A stretch of DNA of 64,000 nt from an uncultured Coriobacteriaceae bacterium. Its GTDB lineage: Bacteria; Actinomycetota; Coriobacteriia; Coriobacteriales; CADBOM01. The stretch is from NCBI GenBank assembly GCA_902796325.1, contig CADBOM010000150.1:2850-66849 (forward strand), given 5' to 3'. Positions 54,957 to 64,000 of this stretch are shown piece by piece (the first letter of the stretch is position 1; each line of letters begins with the position of its first letter). The translations under genes were made by a program, and so were the position numbers. The notes below the pieces were generated by a model, which saw nothing but the letters and a program-made list of their open reading frames with translations, searched no databases and had not been told where the DNA came from.

Positions 54957-57161
54957 CTAGGCACTTCCGTGCGAAACCGTGGGAGTGTGCGAAACCACGA
55001 GCTCGGATGCAGAATCGGTGCTTGTGGTTACCTTGTAGTTAATCGTCGTGGTTCCGGCGGCTTCCGTCGCCACCTCGAACCTCCACACATCCATTCCGGA
55101 TATCGTGATTTGAGAATTCTCCAGAATCTGCCCGTTAACCGTTACATCGGAGATGCTGCCTCCAGCTGGCGCATACAGGAACACCGTGGTGGTGATGGCC
55201 CCGGACCTATCCCTGTTGGGCCCATTGCCAAACGCATAGGACGGGAACGAACTGGCAACATCCATGCCCTCCGTGCCAAGCAAATTAGCGATCGTAGTGG
55301 TTGCCGTATAAGTTGCCGAGCCGGTTGAACTGCCAGATTCCAGCAACACCGAGGTCTGGCAATCCAGGTAGTAGCCCAGCTGAGACTCCTTGGCATCGCT
55401 GATGTATACGCCAAGCACCGGATTGGTGGTGTCCGTGGAGATTTCTCCCGATACTTTGAATGCGCGGGCAATCTGCTCCCATTCGTCACTTGCAAACCAC
55501 ATGCGAATGTTGCCGTTCGAGGCGGCGTCTTTTAGCGTGGTGAGAAGGTCCCTGCTGTTAGAGCGTCCGACGTTGGAGAGAACATGCTTGAGCGAAAGAC
55601 CGGTTACATCCACGAATGCAGAGGCCCTCTTGCTGGAGCTGTTGCTGCTTATCACGATATCGTGCAGCAGCGTGGTTACCAGGTTGTCCCCGGTTATGCT
55701 GGTTCCGTCAGTGAGGCTAACTCCGTTGGTATATCCCAGCAGGCTCTGCACCAAATCTGGAGTTATGGCCACAACGCCATCGATTTGCTGATCTGGGTTG
55801 GCCGCAAGCCAGAATTGAGCCCAAATTTGGGCATCTCTGGCGAAGTCCGGATTCACCCCGACTTCCCCAAGGTCGTTCAATCCGTCGGCTCCCCAGAAAT
55901 ATTGCTCGTCCTGAAATGCCGTAACGGCGGAAAGGGTGCCGCCATCGACCGTGCTGGCAAAATCTGCGAGGCTGTCGACCGAGACCTTTCCGTTGGTAAC
56001 AGAAGCAACACCCCACGCCTGCGGGTATCCACCGATTGAGCGCAAGCTCCCCGTGTTCTGCACCACCACGAGGTACCTGCGGGTTTGCCCATTCACGCCG
56101 AGCATAGCGGGCATTTGCTGAGAGATGCTCTGGGCCATGGGCAGCAGTGCATCAACCTCTGCAAGCGCGGTTTTCGCCTTGTCCACAGCGTTGTTCACCT
56201 GGTCGATCTGGCCGTGTCCCAACGCGTTTATATTCTGAGACACCCTGGTTATCACCGGCGAATATGTTTCGAGATACCCTGTGATGTTCTCCACGGCATT
56301 GATGTTTATGGCTCCGTCGGACCTTATTATCGAGCTCATGGACCCAACGGCACCGCTCGAAGCCAGTGGAACCAGCGCGTTTTGCGCCAAGTCGTAATAG
56401 GACGATGCCAGGACCTCGGCATTGGAGAAATCGGTTCCGATTACAGGCAGGTACGAGGCCAGCGTCCAAAGCGGGTTGGAGGTTTGCGAGTCAATGCTCG
56501 AGGCGTACTTCGCGATATTCTGCGCGTCGTCCGACATCGCGCTGGTATCGCCGTTCTGCATGTTGGTTAGGAAGCTGTCCGTGGACGCCTGCAACTGCTC
56601 GGCATCTGCCTTCACGCTATCGGCCGACTGATACAGCAGCGCTCCAGACACTCCAACTATGGCAATGATTATCAGCAGAGCCACTAGCAAGCGCTTGGCA
56701 ACCTTGTGCTTGCGCTGGCCAACCTTCTTCGAGGCGTAGCGGGCCTCGGACCTATGCTCCTGCGGGTTGAACGTCCCTCTTGAGTAATCGTCGGCATTCA
56801 CCCTGTGCTGCTGGGCGTCGTTTATGTATTCCTTGTTCTGGGCCCTGGTCTTTGCAGCTGCGCTGAATGCCTTCTTGTCGGCCCTGGCACGCATGCCAGC
56901 ACCCGGACGATCGTTTAGCTGCTTGCCCAGGGTGCGCCCTCTGGGAGCCACGCTCTTGTACTGCGGCTTGCCGTTTACGCTGGCATCGTGGCGGGGATAG
57001 TTGTTGCTGCCGCGTGCAGCGCCAGTGGTAGAGCCGCCTCGTTTGGCGTTGCGCCTAGATTCTCCACCCTTGGATTCTCCGCGCTTGGCGCTGCTCCCCT
57101 GCCCATGTCTGGGCGTATATTCGTTGTCTTTGCGTTTGCTATCTTTGCTGTGTTCAGACAT
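54957..57161 (-). CDS. DUF4012 domain membrane-anchored protein
   Basis: 734 aa. Basic disordered N-terminus, one TM segment (LLVALLIIIAIVGVSGALLY), then a large extracytoplasmic domain typical of actinobacterial glycan clusters. Confidence 0.6.
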   Translation of the reverse strand: MSEHSKDSKRKDNEYTPRHGQGSSAKRGESKGGESRRNAKRGGSTTGAARGSNNYPRHDASVNGKPQYKSVAPRGRTLGKQLNDRPGAGMRARADKKAFSAAAKTRAQNKEYINDAQQHRVNADDYSRGTFNPQEHRSEARYASKKVGQRKHKVAKRLLVALLIIIAIVGVSGALLYQSADSVKADAEQLQASTDSFLTNMQNGDTSAMSDDAQNIAKYASSIDSQTSNPLWTLASYLPVIGTDFSNAEVLASSYYDLAQNALVPLASSGAVGSMSSIIRSDGAININAVENITGYLETYSPVITRVSQNINALGHGQIDQVNNAVDKAKTALAEVDALLPMAQSISQQMPAMLGVNGQTRRYLVVVQNTGSLRSIGGYPQAWGVASVTNGKVSVDSLADFASTVDGGTLSAVTAFQDEQYFWGADGLNDLGEVGVNPDFARDAQIWAQFWLAANPDQQIDGVVAITPDLVQSLLGYTNGVSLTDGTSITGDNLVTTLLHDIVISSNSSSKRASAFVDVTGLSLKHVLSNVGRSNSRDLLTTLKDAASNGNIRMWFASDEWEQIARAFKVSGEISTDTTNPVLGVYISDAKESQLGYYLDCQTSVLLESGSSTGSATYTATTTIANLLGTEGMDVASSFPSYAFGNGPNRDRSGAITTTVFLYAPAGGSISDVTVNGQILENSQITISGMDVWRFEVATEAAGTTTINYKVTTSTDSASELVVSHTPTVSHGSA

Positions 57162-57178
57162 AACCAGTGAGCCAGCCC

Positions 57179-58276
57179 TTAATGTTTGACTATCTTCCTA
57201 GCGGCCTTAGCCAACGTGCCCGCAAAACCATTTTCCTCTACGCTGGCGTTCCAACGCTGAACCGTAACCTGCAGGTCGCTAACCGGCTTGTCACCAAGCG
57301 CCATGTCCAAGAACGCCTTCTTGGATCCGCCCAGTTCCAGCGACCTAACGAATCCCTCATCCCAATAGGTGAGCAAAATTCTGCAATATTCCTTGGAAAG
57401 CTCGCTTCGTTCCCCGGCACCCAGGCACATGATTCCATGCAGAGCGTAGTCGACAGACCATGCGATGATATCAGACGCATATTCGTTGTTGGGGAACTGC
57501 TTTTTCCAATTGAGAAACGCCCTGTCCATTACCACCAGGTGGCGGCGTAGGGCAAACGCAGAACTGAAGTCCACGTGGTTTGTGATGGAATCGCGGCGCC
57601 CCACGTTGTATATGTACAGCTTGTTGGAAAGGAGCACGGTCTTGCTCGACTTGGGGTATGCCAGCATGTAGAACAGCTGGTCTTCCCCAAGTCTCATATC
57701 CTCCTCGTACATCACGTCGTTATCCAGCAGAAAATCGCGCCTGCACGAGGTTCTAGGATAAGGCGTGGCGTTCTCCGAGAACACGAGTTTGGGATCGAAC
57801 TCGTCGAACACGGCATCGCGTGGGCTCAGGTGCTCCTTGATCCACTCATCACCCTCGTCTTCGGGGAAGCATTCCGCCCCATATGTCACGATGTCGGCTC
57901 CGGTTTTCTCGAACGTGTCGTAGATAATGCCCAAAGCATGAGGCTTAAACCTGTCATCGGCGTCGAGGAAGCTCACGATATCCGCGCGAGCAGCCCTAAT
58001 GCCCGTGTTTCTGGCAGCAGAAGGACCGCCGTTCTCGCGGTTGACGATGCGGATTCTCGAGTCGAGCTTCTGCCTGCGCTCCAGCACTGCCAAGGAGTCG
58101 TCGGTCGACTCATCGTTTACGCAAACTATCTCGAAGTTCTCCATCGACTGATCTAGCAGGGAGTCAAGGCACCAGTCGAGGTAATTCTCCACGTTGTATA
58201 CGGGAATGACCACAGAGATCAGCGGCTTGTCCTGAGAACCGCTGCCTGCGACACCACCTGATACCTCGGCCATCAT
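57179..58276 (-). CDS. Glycosyltransferase family 2
   Basis: ISVVIPVYNVENYL, NDESTDDS, LDADD. Its start overlaps the upstream stop (ATGA). Confidence 0.85.
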   Translation of the reverse strand: MMAEVSGGVAGSGSQDKPLISVVIPVYNVENYLDWCLDSLLDQSMENFEIVCVNDESTDDSLAVLERRQKLDSRIRIVNRENGGPSAARNTGIRAARADIVSFLDADDRFKPHALGIIYDTFEKTGADIVTYGAECFPEDEGDEWIKEHLSPRDAVFDEFDPKLVFSENATPYPRTSCRRDFLLDNDVMYEEDMRLGEDQLFYMLAYPKSSKTVLLSNKLYIYNVGRRDSITNHVDFSSAFALRRHLVVMDRAFLNWKKQFPNNEYASDIIAWSVDYALHGIMCLGAGERSELSKEYCRILLTYWDEGFVRSLELGGSKKAFLDMALGDKPVSDLQVTVQRWNASVEENGFAGTLAKAARKIVKH

Positions 58277-59340
58277 TGCCTCCGAACCTTGTCCTTGAGC
58301 ATCTTACCCACCAGCTTCATGCCGCCGATGTTGTAGTAGCGCTTGAAAGTGTTAACCTTGCCGGGCTTTGCGTACTTGTCCCTGAACTCGTCGAACTTCC
58401 TTGGGTTGTTCACCAAAAGACCGAGGTCGGCTTTGGCCCATTCCTCAAACAAGTCCATGTCCACGTCGCCCACCTCGATGTCGTGAGCGAACTCCTTCGA
58501 GGCCCTCTGCAGGAACTCGCTTCGCAGGTCGGAGGCCAAGCGGTCGTAGCTCCACATGTAGTTGTCGTACTTCACGCGCTCCTGAATGCCCTTGAAGCGC
58601 TTGCGCTTGTTGGGATGCTGGGTGAGGTACCGGTCGATTTCGTCGTGCTCGTCGCACACGCAATAGACCTTGCCAGGCGAGTTAACCGACGATTTCTCGT
58701 TGTCCTGCCTGTAGTTGAGGATGGGGCTGGTGGTGAATGCAACGCGATCCGCCATTACCCACACCTTGAAGTTGAAGCCACAATCCTGATACGAGGCGCC
58801 TGGGGTTTCCAAGAACCTGATGCTGTTTTTCTCCAGAAAATCCCTGCGGTAGATTGCCGACCAGATAGAAGCCTTGCGGTAGAGAATCCTGGGGTCGTCC
58901 TCGGGGTTCACAAGCTTGTCGGCCATATCCTCATCGATGACGTGATAGAGCTCGCGCCTAACCTCGGGCTTAGACCAATATAGGTAGAAGTCTCCCTTCA
59001 CCGCTTGAGCGTCGAATTTGCAGGCAATGTTGTAGAGCTTCTCCAGGCCATCAAGCTCGAAGATGTCATCCGACTCCAGAATGCCTATGTAGTCTCCCGT
59101 TGCAGCGTCGAGCCCCATGTTCATCGATACGCCATAGCCTGAATTGGGCTTGTCGATCACCCTGAAACGGGGGTCTGCGTCGAGATACTCCTGAATGATG
59201 CTTCTCGACCCATCCGTAGAGCCATCGTTTATGCAGATTATCTCGATGTCAGACAGAGTTTGATCCTTCGCGGAATCAAGACATTGCCTTAGATACTTTT
59301 CCACGTTATAAATTGGAATCAGCAACGATACAGCTGGCAC
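58273..59340 (-). CDS. Glycosyltransferase family 2 (paralogue of 61038-62141)
   Basis: VSLLIPIYNVEKYL, INDGSTDGS, LESDD. I prefer the GTG start at 59340, 7 nt after GGAGGA, over the ORF-track ATG at 59409. Confidence 0.85.
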   Translation of the reverse strand: MPAVSLLIPIYNVEKYLRQCLDSAKDQTLSDIEIICINDGSTDGSRSIIQEYLDADPRFRVIDKPNSGYGVSMNMGLDAATGDYIGILESDDIFELDGLEKLYNIACKFDAQAVKGDFYLYWSKPEVRRELYHVIDEDMADKLVNPEDDPRILYRKASIWSAIYRRDFLEKNSIRFLETPGASYQDCGFNFKVWVMADRVAFTTSPILNYRQDNEKSSVNSPGKVYCVCDEHDEIDRYLTQHPNKRKRFKGIQERVKYDNYMWSYDRLASDLRSEFLQRASKEFAHDIEVGDVDMDLFEEWAKADLGLLVNNPRKFDEFRDKYAKPGKVNTFKRYYNIGGMKLVGKMLKDKVRRQ

Positions 59341-59584
59341 TTTTGGATCCTCCAAGCAGATGCGCCGGTAAACGCATAATTTATATTCAAGGCGAACATT
59401 ATAATACACGCAAACCGCATGTTATTGCACATGTGAGCATTTGCATGAGCCCGTCTTGATGCACCGGGTTGCATACAGGCAAGATCAACATGCAAATGCC
59501 ACAAGCATATGGAGGCTAGGCCCGGGCACGGCGGGCACGCGCGGAAGCCCTTAACGCGCTGTCAGCAAAACGAAAGAAGCAATC

Positions 59585-60853
59585 ATGAGCGAAGCAGGAA
59601 ACACGCTGCAAGACGATATAGACAATGAGGCAATCGACACCGCAGAGGACGCCCGCGTTGACGAGGCTGGCAAAGACCTCGAAGACCCCGAGGCTCCCGA
59701 ACCCGCGGATGCTGCCAGCCCAGCGGATGCTCCCGTCATCGACGAACTCGTCGCCGACAAACCCGCGGAGGACGCTCAGCCCGACGTGAGACCGATGTTC
59801 AGCATCGTGATGCCCGCATACAACGTGGAGAAGTACGTTGCCAGGGCAATCGAGTGCGTGAAGGCCCAGACTTTCACCAACTGGGAGCTCATCGTGGTTG
59901 ACGATGCCTCCACGGACAACACGGCCGAAGCGGTTAAGCAAGCTATGGGAGAAGATCCCAGAATCCGCCTAGTCCAGCACGAGGAGAACCAATGGCTCAG
60001 CGGCGCTAGGAACACCGGACTGGACGAAGCCCGTGGAGAGTACATCTGGTTCTGCGATTCCGACGACACCTATGACAAAACGCTTCTGGAGTGCTGCGCC
60101 AAGTCGATAAACTTCAACGCATCCGACGTGATTGTCTTTGGTCACACGGAAATGTATTACGATGAGCACGGAAACCACATGTACGACAACACTATCGAGC
60201 CAAAAGGGGGAGTTTATCTCTCAAAAGACGAACTTCGCCCCCACATTCTCGATTTAGAGCAGTCCACATGTTACGGATACGCTTGGAACAAGGCGTACAG
60301 GCTCGACTACCTGCACGATTGCGGGGTTAGGTTCGAGCGCATCACGCTTATCGAGGACATCACATTCAACGTCAAGGTGTTCCAGGATATCAGCTCCCTC
60401 AACGTTGTTTCAAAGCCGCTTTACAACTATGCGAAGCGAATGGGCTCGAACATCACCAATTCGTTCGACAAGGACTACTACCCAAAGCACAAGGCCAGAA
60501 TTCAGATGCTGCGCGACCAGCAGGAATCGTGGGGACTTTTGGACGATCAAGCGCTTTCCATTCTGGGCAGCCTTTACGGACGCTACATTCTCTCGGCAAT
60601 CGAGCGCAACCTGGACAAACGGAGCGGCATGAGCTCCCGCGACCGCACAAAATGGCTGGAGGAGGTTTTCGACGACCCGCTATTCAACGAGCTTATCCCC
60701 CATGCGGAAGCCAAAGATTCAACGGCGTTGGAAGTGTGCCTGATTCCGCTCAAGGACAAGCGCGTGAAGGGAACGCTGAGGCTGGGCCACATGATTCACT
60801 TTGCAAGGAACCACGCAACCTCGTCGTTCGACAAGATCAAATCTGGGAGATAG
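59585..60853 (+). CDS. Glycosyltransferase family 2 with acidic N-terminal extension
   Basis: FSIVMPAYNVEKYV, VDDASTDNT, CDSDD. About 70 aa Asp/Glu/Ala-rich N-terminus. Confidence 0.85.
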   Translation: MSEAGNTLQDDIDNEAIDTAEDARVDEAGKDLEDPEAPEPADAASPADAPVIDELVADKPAEDAQPDVRPMFSIVMPAYNVEKYVARAIECVKAQTFTNWELIVVDDASTDNTAEAVKQAMGEDPRIRLVQHEENQWLSGARNTGLDEARGEYIWFCDSDDTYDKTLLECCAKSINFNASDVIVFGHTEMYYDEHGNHMYDNTIEPKGGVYLSKDELRPHILDLEQSTCYGYAWNKAYRLDYLHDCGVRFERITLIEDITFNVKVFQDISSLNVVSKPLYNYAKRMGSNITNSFDKDYYPKHKARIQMLRDQQESWGLLDDQALSILGSLYGRYILSAIERNLDKRSGMSSRDRTKWLEEVFDDPLFNELIPHAEAKDSTALEVCLIPLKDKRVKGTLRLGHMIHFARNHATSSFDKIKSGR

Positions 60854-60952
60854 GGTTTCGCAGGCTCGGGCTATCGCAGGCTCGGGCTATCGCAGGCTCG
60901 GGCTATCGCAGGTTCGGGCTTAGCGCGCTCGGGTTTCGCAGGCTCGGGTTTT
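60853..60952. repeat. 15-16 bp tandem repeat (about 6 copies) directly after a stop codon
   Basis: gggtttcgcaggctc / gggctatcgcaggctc x2 / gggctatcgcaggttc / gggcttagcgcgctc / gggtttcgcaggctc / gggttttt. Confidence 0.9.
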
Positions 60953-61037
60953 TCGGCCGTCCGCTTGCTCGACCGCAGCTTGGCTTGGCAGCCAGCGCCG
61001 CGCATTTGCTCGGCCCCCACTTGGTAGCCGGGACCAA

Positions 61038-62141
61038 CTACTTGCGCAAAGCGGCAGCCAGAACCTTGGGACCGCCAATCTTCAGGTAATAGCGGGCCTT
61101 GGCCGACCTCGTTGGATGCTCCGGGTAGATTTCGAGGAACCTAGCCGGATTCTCCAGCAAGAACCTGAGATTTTCCTGCTGGTACGATGCGAACAGGCTG
61201 GGCACGTAATCGCCATGCTGCATGCCTCTAGAAAGGTCGCCCACCATGGTGTCCATGAACTGGCACCTAAGCTCCAGCGTCAGCCTCTCGAAATTCCACA
61301 TGTAGCTGTCGTAGCGCATCCTGTATGCGTAGGGACGAAGCACGGCGCGCGCCGGGTTTGCCGCGATGAAATCCTCGATGCTGTCGAACTCGTCGCACAC
61401 GCAGAACACCTTCTTGGGATTGTTAACCGAGGAGCTCTCGTTATCCTGCCTGTAGTGCAAAATCGGATCCTCGATGCAGCAAACCCTGGTGGCACAGCTC
61501 CAAATCTTGAAAGTGAATCCCAGATCTTGGAAGCTCGCACCAGGGGTCTCGTTCAAGGTGAGCCCGTTTCCAAGGATGAACGAGCGCTTGTATATCGCCG
61601 ACCAGAGGGAGGGGTTGCTGAAGAAGATCTCCGGTTCCTCCATGGGCTTGAACACATGACCCGTCATGGCAGGTGTGACAGCATGGACGATTTCGTTTCT
61701 CTCCTTTGGCTCTGACCAATAGAACCAGTAGTTGGCCTTCACCACGTCGGCATTGTGTGCCTCGGCGAGCTTGAACAGCTTCTCCAGGGCATCTGGCTCG
61801 AAGAAGTCGTCGGGCTCCAATATTCCTACATACTTCCCACGAGCAGCCTGTATTCCCTTGTTGATGGACACTCCGTAGCCGGAGTTTTTCTGGTCTATAA
61901 CCTTGAAGCGTGGGTCAGAGTCTATATATTGCTGCACGATGGCGCGAGACTGATCGCGCGAGCCGTCATTTATGCAGATAACCTCGAAGTTCTTGAAAGT
62001 CTGCGCAAGCAGGGAGTTCAATGCCTGCGGCAGGTATTTGGCCACGTTGTAGATTGGAACGAGGATGGAAATCTGGGGCTGCCTGTGCGACCCTATGAAG
62101 CCCGAGTTTTCGGGCAGAGAAACAGCCTGATTCTCATCCAT
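61038..62141 (-). CDS. Glycosyltransferase family 2
   Basis: ISILVPIYNVAKYL, INDGSRDQS, LEPDD. Collinear with 58273-59340 along its whole length. Confidence 0.85.
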   Translation of the reverse strand: MDENQAVSLPENSGFIGSHRQPQISILVPIYNVAKYLPQALNSLLAQTFKNFEVICINDGSRDQSRAIVQQYIDSDPRFKVIDQKNSGYGVSINKGIQAARGKYVGILEPDDFFEPDALEKLFKLAEAHNADVVKANYWFYWSEPKERNEIVHAVTPAMTGHVFKPMEEPEIFFSNPSLWSAIYKRSFILGNGLTLNETPGASFQDLGFTFKIWSCATRVCCIEDPILHYRQDNESSSVNNPKKVFCVCDEFDSIEDFIAANPARAVLRPYAYRMRYDSYMWNFERLTLELRCQFMDTMVGDLSRGMQHGDYVPSLFASYQQENLRFLLENPARFLEIYPEHPTRSAKARYYLKIGGPKVLAAALRK

Positions 62142-62144
62142 CTT

Positions 62145-63359
62145 CTAGTCCCTCCTGAAAAGGTCGCGCGTGTACACCTTGTCACGCACGTCCACGAGGT
62201 CGTCCGACCATCTATTGGCCACGATCAGGTTACATTCTACCTTGAATTCGTCGAGGTTGCGGATTACCGGGCAACTCATGAACTCCGAAGCATCCAGAGT
62301 TGGCTCGTACACAACCACGTTCAGGTCCGCTCCGGAATCTAGCAGCATCCTCAGAACATCCTGCACGGACGATGAGCGGAAGTTGTCCGATTCGCTCTTC
62401 ATCGTCAGGCGATAAATGCCCACTACAGGATGTTCTACACCCGAGACCTTCTTGAGAATGTCATCTGCGATGTATCTCTTGCGGGTGCGGTTGGCCTCGA
62501 CTGCCGCCGTGATTATGTCCTGCGGAACACCCTTGTAGTTTGCAAGCAGTTGGCGCGTGTCCTTTGGCAGGCAGTAACCGCCGTAGCCAAACGACGGATT
62601 GTTATAGTGCGTGCCAATTCTTGGGTCCAGGCAAACGCCGTTGATGATCTGGGCCGTGTCGAGCCCGAATTCGTTTGCATAGGTGTCGATTTCGTTGAAG
62701 TACGACACCCTGACCGCCAGATAGGTGTTGGCGAAGAGCTTCACGGCCTCGGCCTCGCGGGAGCGCATTATGAGAGTTGGGGCTTCGCTTTCGGCGCAGC
62801 TTGCCAGCATTCCGGCGAACTCCTCGGCGCATTTGGATGCCTGCGCAGCCTGATTGGGATCGCCGTATTCGGGCACGCCCACGATAATGCGCGATGGGTG
62901 CAGGTTATCGTGCAGGGCATGACCCTCGCGCAAGAACTCCGGCGAGAACAGGATCGTTGTTCCGGGATACCTCTCCACTAGAGAATCCGTGTACCCAACC
63001 GGAATCGTGGACTTCACCACGATGGTTGCGCTCGACCCGCATCCGCGGGCAAGGTCTACAACCTCCTCGATATGCGAGGTATCGAAGAAATCCTTGTCGG
63101 GATCGTAGTCGGTTGGCGTGGAGATCACTATCACATCGGCCTGTTTGTAAGCCGAAACCCCATCGGTTGTGGCAACAAGATCGAGAGCGCCGCTTGCAAG
63201 TGCGCCCTCGATATCTCGGTCTGCAATCGGGGATTTGCCGGAATTTATGAGCTGGACCTTCTTCTCCACCACGTCAACGGCAGTAACGTGATAGCGCCTT
63301 GCCAGCAAGGCCGAAAGCGAAAGTCCAACGTATCCTGTTCCAGCTACTGCGATGTTCAT
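62145..63359 (-). CDS. ugd: UDP-glucose 6-dehydrogenase (nucleotide-sugar dehydrogenase)
   Basis: MNIAVAGTGYVGLS Rossmann N-terminus and catalytic Cys context GYGGYCLPKD. Confidence 0.88.
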   Translation of the reverse strand: MNIAVAGTGYVGLSLSALLARRYHVTAVDVVEKKVQLINSGKSPIADRDIEGALASGALDLVATTDGVSAYKQADVIVISTPTDYDPDKDFFDTSHIEEVVDLARGCGSSATIVVKSTIPVGYTDSLVERYPGTTILFSPEFLREGHALHDNLHPSRIIVGVPEYGDPNQAAQASKCAEEFAGMLASCAESEAPTLIMRSREAEAVKLFANTYLAVRVSYFNEIDTYANEFGLDTAQIINGVCLDPRIGTHYNNPSFGYGGYCLPKDTRQLLANYKGVPQDIITAAVEANRTRKRYIADDILKKVSGVEHPVVGIYRLTMKSESDNFRSSSVQDVLRMLLDSGADLNVVVYEPTLDASEFMSCPVIRNLDEFKVECNLIVANRWSDDLVDVRDKVYTRDLFRRD

Positions 63360-63371
63360 GCCACGGCCGTC

Positions 63372-64000
63372 CTACAGAGACTCCAAGATGCCGCGCACCA
63401 TAGGAGCCAGGTTCTCGTCCCTGAGGGCCATCTTGATGTTGGTTTCAAGCCAAGTGGAAATCGTACCGGTGTCGAAGCCCTCCTTGGGATCGATCACGAG
63501 AGCGTACATCTCCTCAGTCTTCAGCACCTCATCCATGGCGTCGGTAAGCTGAATTTCACCACCAACCGAAGGCTTTGCAGTGCGCAGCAACTCCATTACC
63601 TTCGGCGACAGCAGATAGCGGCCGAATATTGCCAGGTTGGACGGCGCATCTTCGACCTTGGGCTTCTCCACCAGCCTGTCGATCTTCCAAACGTCGTCGG
63701 ACACCTGCTCTCCGGAGATGATTCCAAAGCGGTTGACCTGATCGTCGGGCACCGGGAAAACGGCGATTACATTTGCGCCGTTGTGCTCGTCGTGAATCTG
63801 CTTCATCCTGCCGAGGATGTTGGCCTCGGGCACCACAACGTCGCCGAGAAGGATGTAAAAGGGCTCGCCCTTGGAGGCGTCGTCTGCCATCAAAATGGCA
63901 TGGCCAAGCCCCAGGGGCTCATCCTGGTATACGTAGCTAACAGGGAGGTCTCCGGCTGCATCCACGGCATCGGCGTAATTGTCCTTGTTGTGGTTGCGCA
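63372..64000 (-). CDS. galU: UTP-glucose-1-phosphate uridylyltransferase (5' end outside window)
   Basis: QDEPLGLGHAILMA, LVEKPKVEDAPSNLAIFGRYLL. The ORF stays open to the window edge. Confidence 0.85.
   Translation of the reverse strand, partial: RNHNKDNYADAVDAAGDLPVSYVYQDEPLGLGHAILMADDASKGEPFYILLGDVVVPEANILGRMKQIHDEHNGANVIAVFPVPDDQVNRFGIISGEQVSDDVWKIDRLVEKPKVEDAPSNLAIFGRYLLSPKVMELLRTAKPSVGGEIQLTDAMDEVLKTEEMYALVIDPKEGFDTGTISTWLETNIKMALRDENLAPMVRGILESL

Noticed and set aside
60853-60952. Possible CRISPR array, since it shows short direct repeats.
   Set aside because: The repeats are contiguous 15-16 bp units without spacers and far shorter than CRISPR repeats. No cas genes are in the window. 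The same reasoning applies to 19933-20002.

Overview
This 64 kb window looks like a chromosomal segment of a Coriobacteriia-type actinobacterium. GC is about 52-56% by spot counts and is locally higher. It carries the conserved actinobacterial block rimO, pgsA/cinA, recA and recX, with a Cheo/LexA box in the recA promoter. Housekeeping genes include truA, panD, yajQ and thrC. Redox genes include a three-subunit NADH-linked [FeFe]-hydrogenase (NuoE-like, NuoF-like, HydA), an OYE/FAD enoate-reductase-like flavoenzyme, an Fe-S aldo/keto reductase, and a cytoplasmic two-subunit molybdoenzyme resembling pyrogallol transhydroxylase. There are two tRNAs (Phe-GAA, Glu-UUC) and a polar amino-acid ABC transporter. 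An envelope-glycan cluster holds galU, ugd, four GT2 genes, a DUF4012 gene, an EpsC-type acetyltransferase, uppP and an OafA-type acyltransferase. I saw no transposase, integrase, CRISPR array or rRNA. The strongest candidates for undescribed biology are these. (1) A tightly packed five-gene operon at 2557-7462: circularly permuted ATP-grasp, alpha-E, transglutaminase-like, plus two AstE/AspA-type zinc-deacylase paralogues, one with a degenerate metal motif. (2) Two tandem DUF2974/Mbeg1-like alpha/beta-hydrolase paralogues at 33075-36086, one with an 11-residue-periodic acidic helical tail. (3) A roughly 3009 aa CWB2-anchored surface protein at 36276-45305, built from a beta-helix, 14 Ig-like repeats, three large repeated modules and one unassigned module. 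It has a mosaic base composition and a terminator-like hairpin in its leader. (4) An ABC permease fused to an unassigned extracytoplasmic domain. Smaller observations include domain fusions and insertions (pgsA-cinA, rimO TRAM insertion, uppP loop insertion), a decayed PGM/PMM gene, an orphan glycyl-radical activase between the two tRNAs, two GC-rich minisatellites at gene 3' ends, and several orphan hairpins and inverted repeats. All functional calls come from motif recognition by eye. No database search was run.
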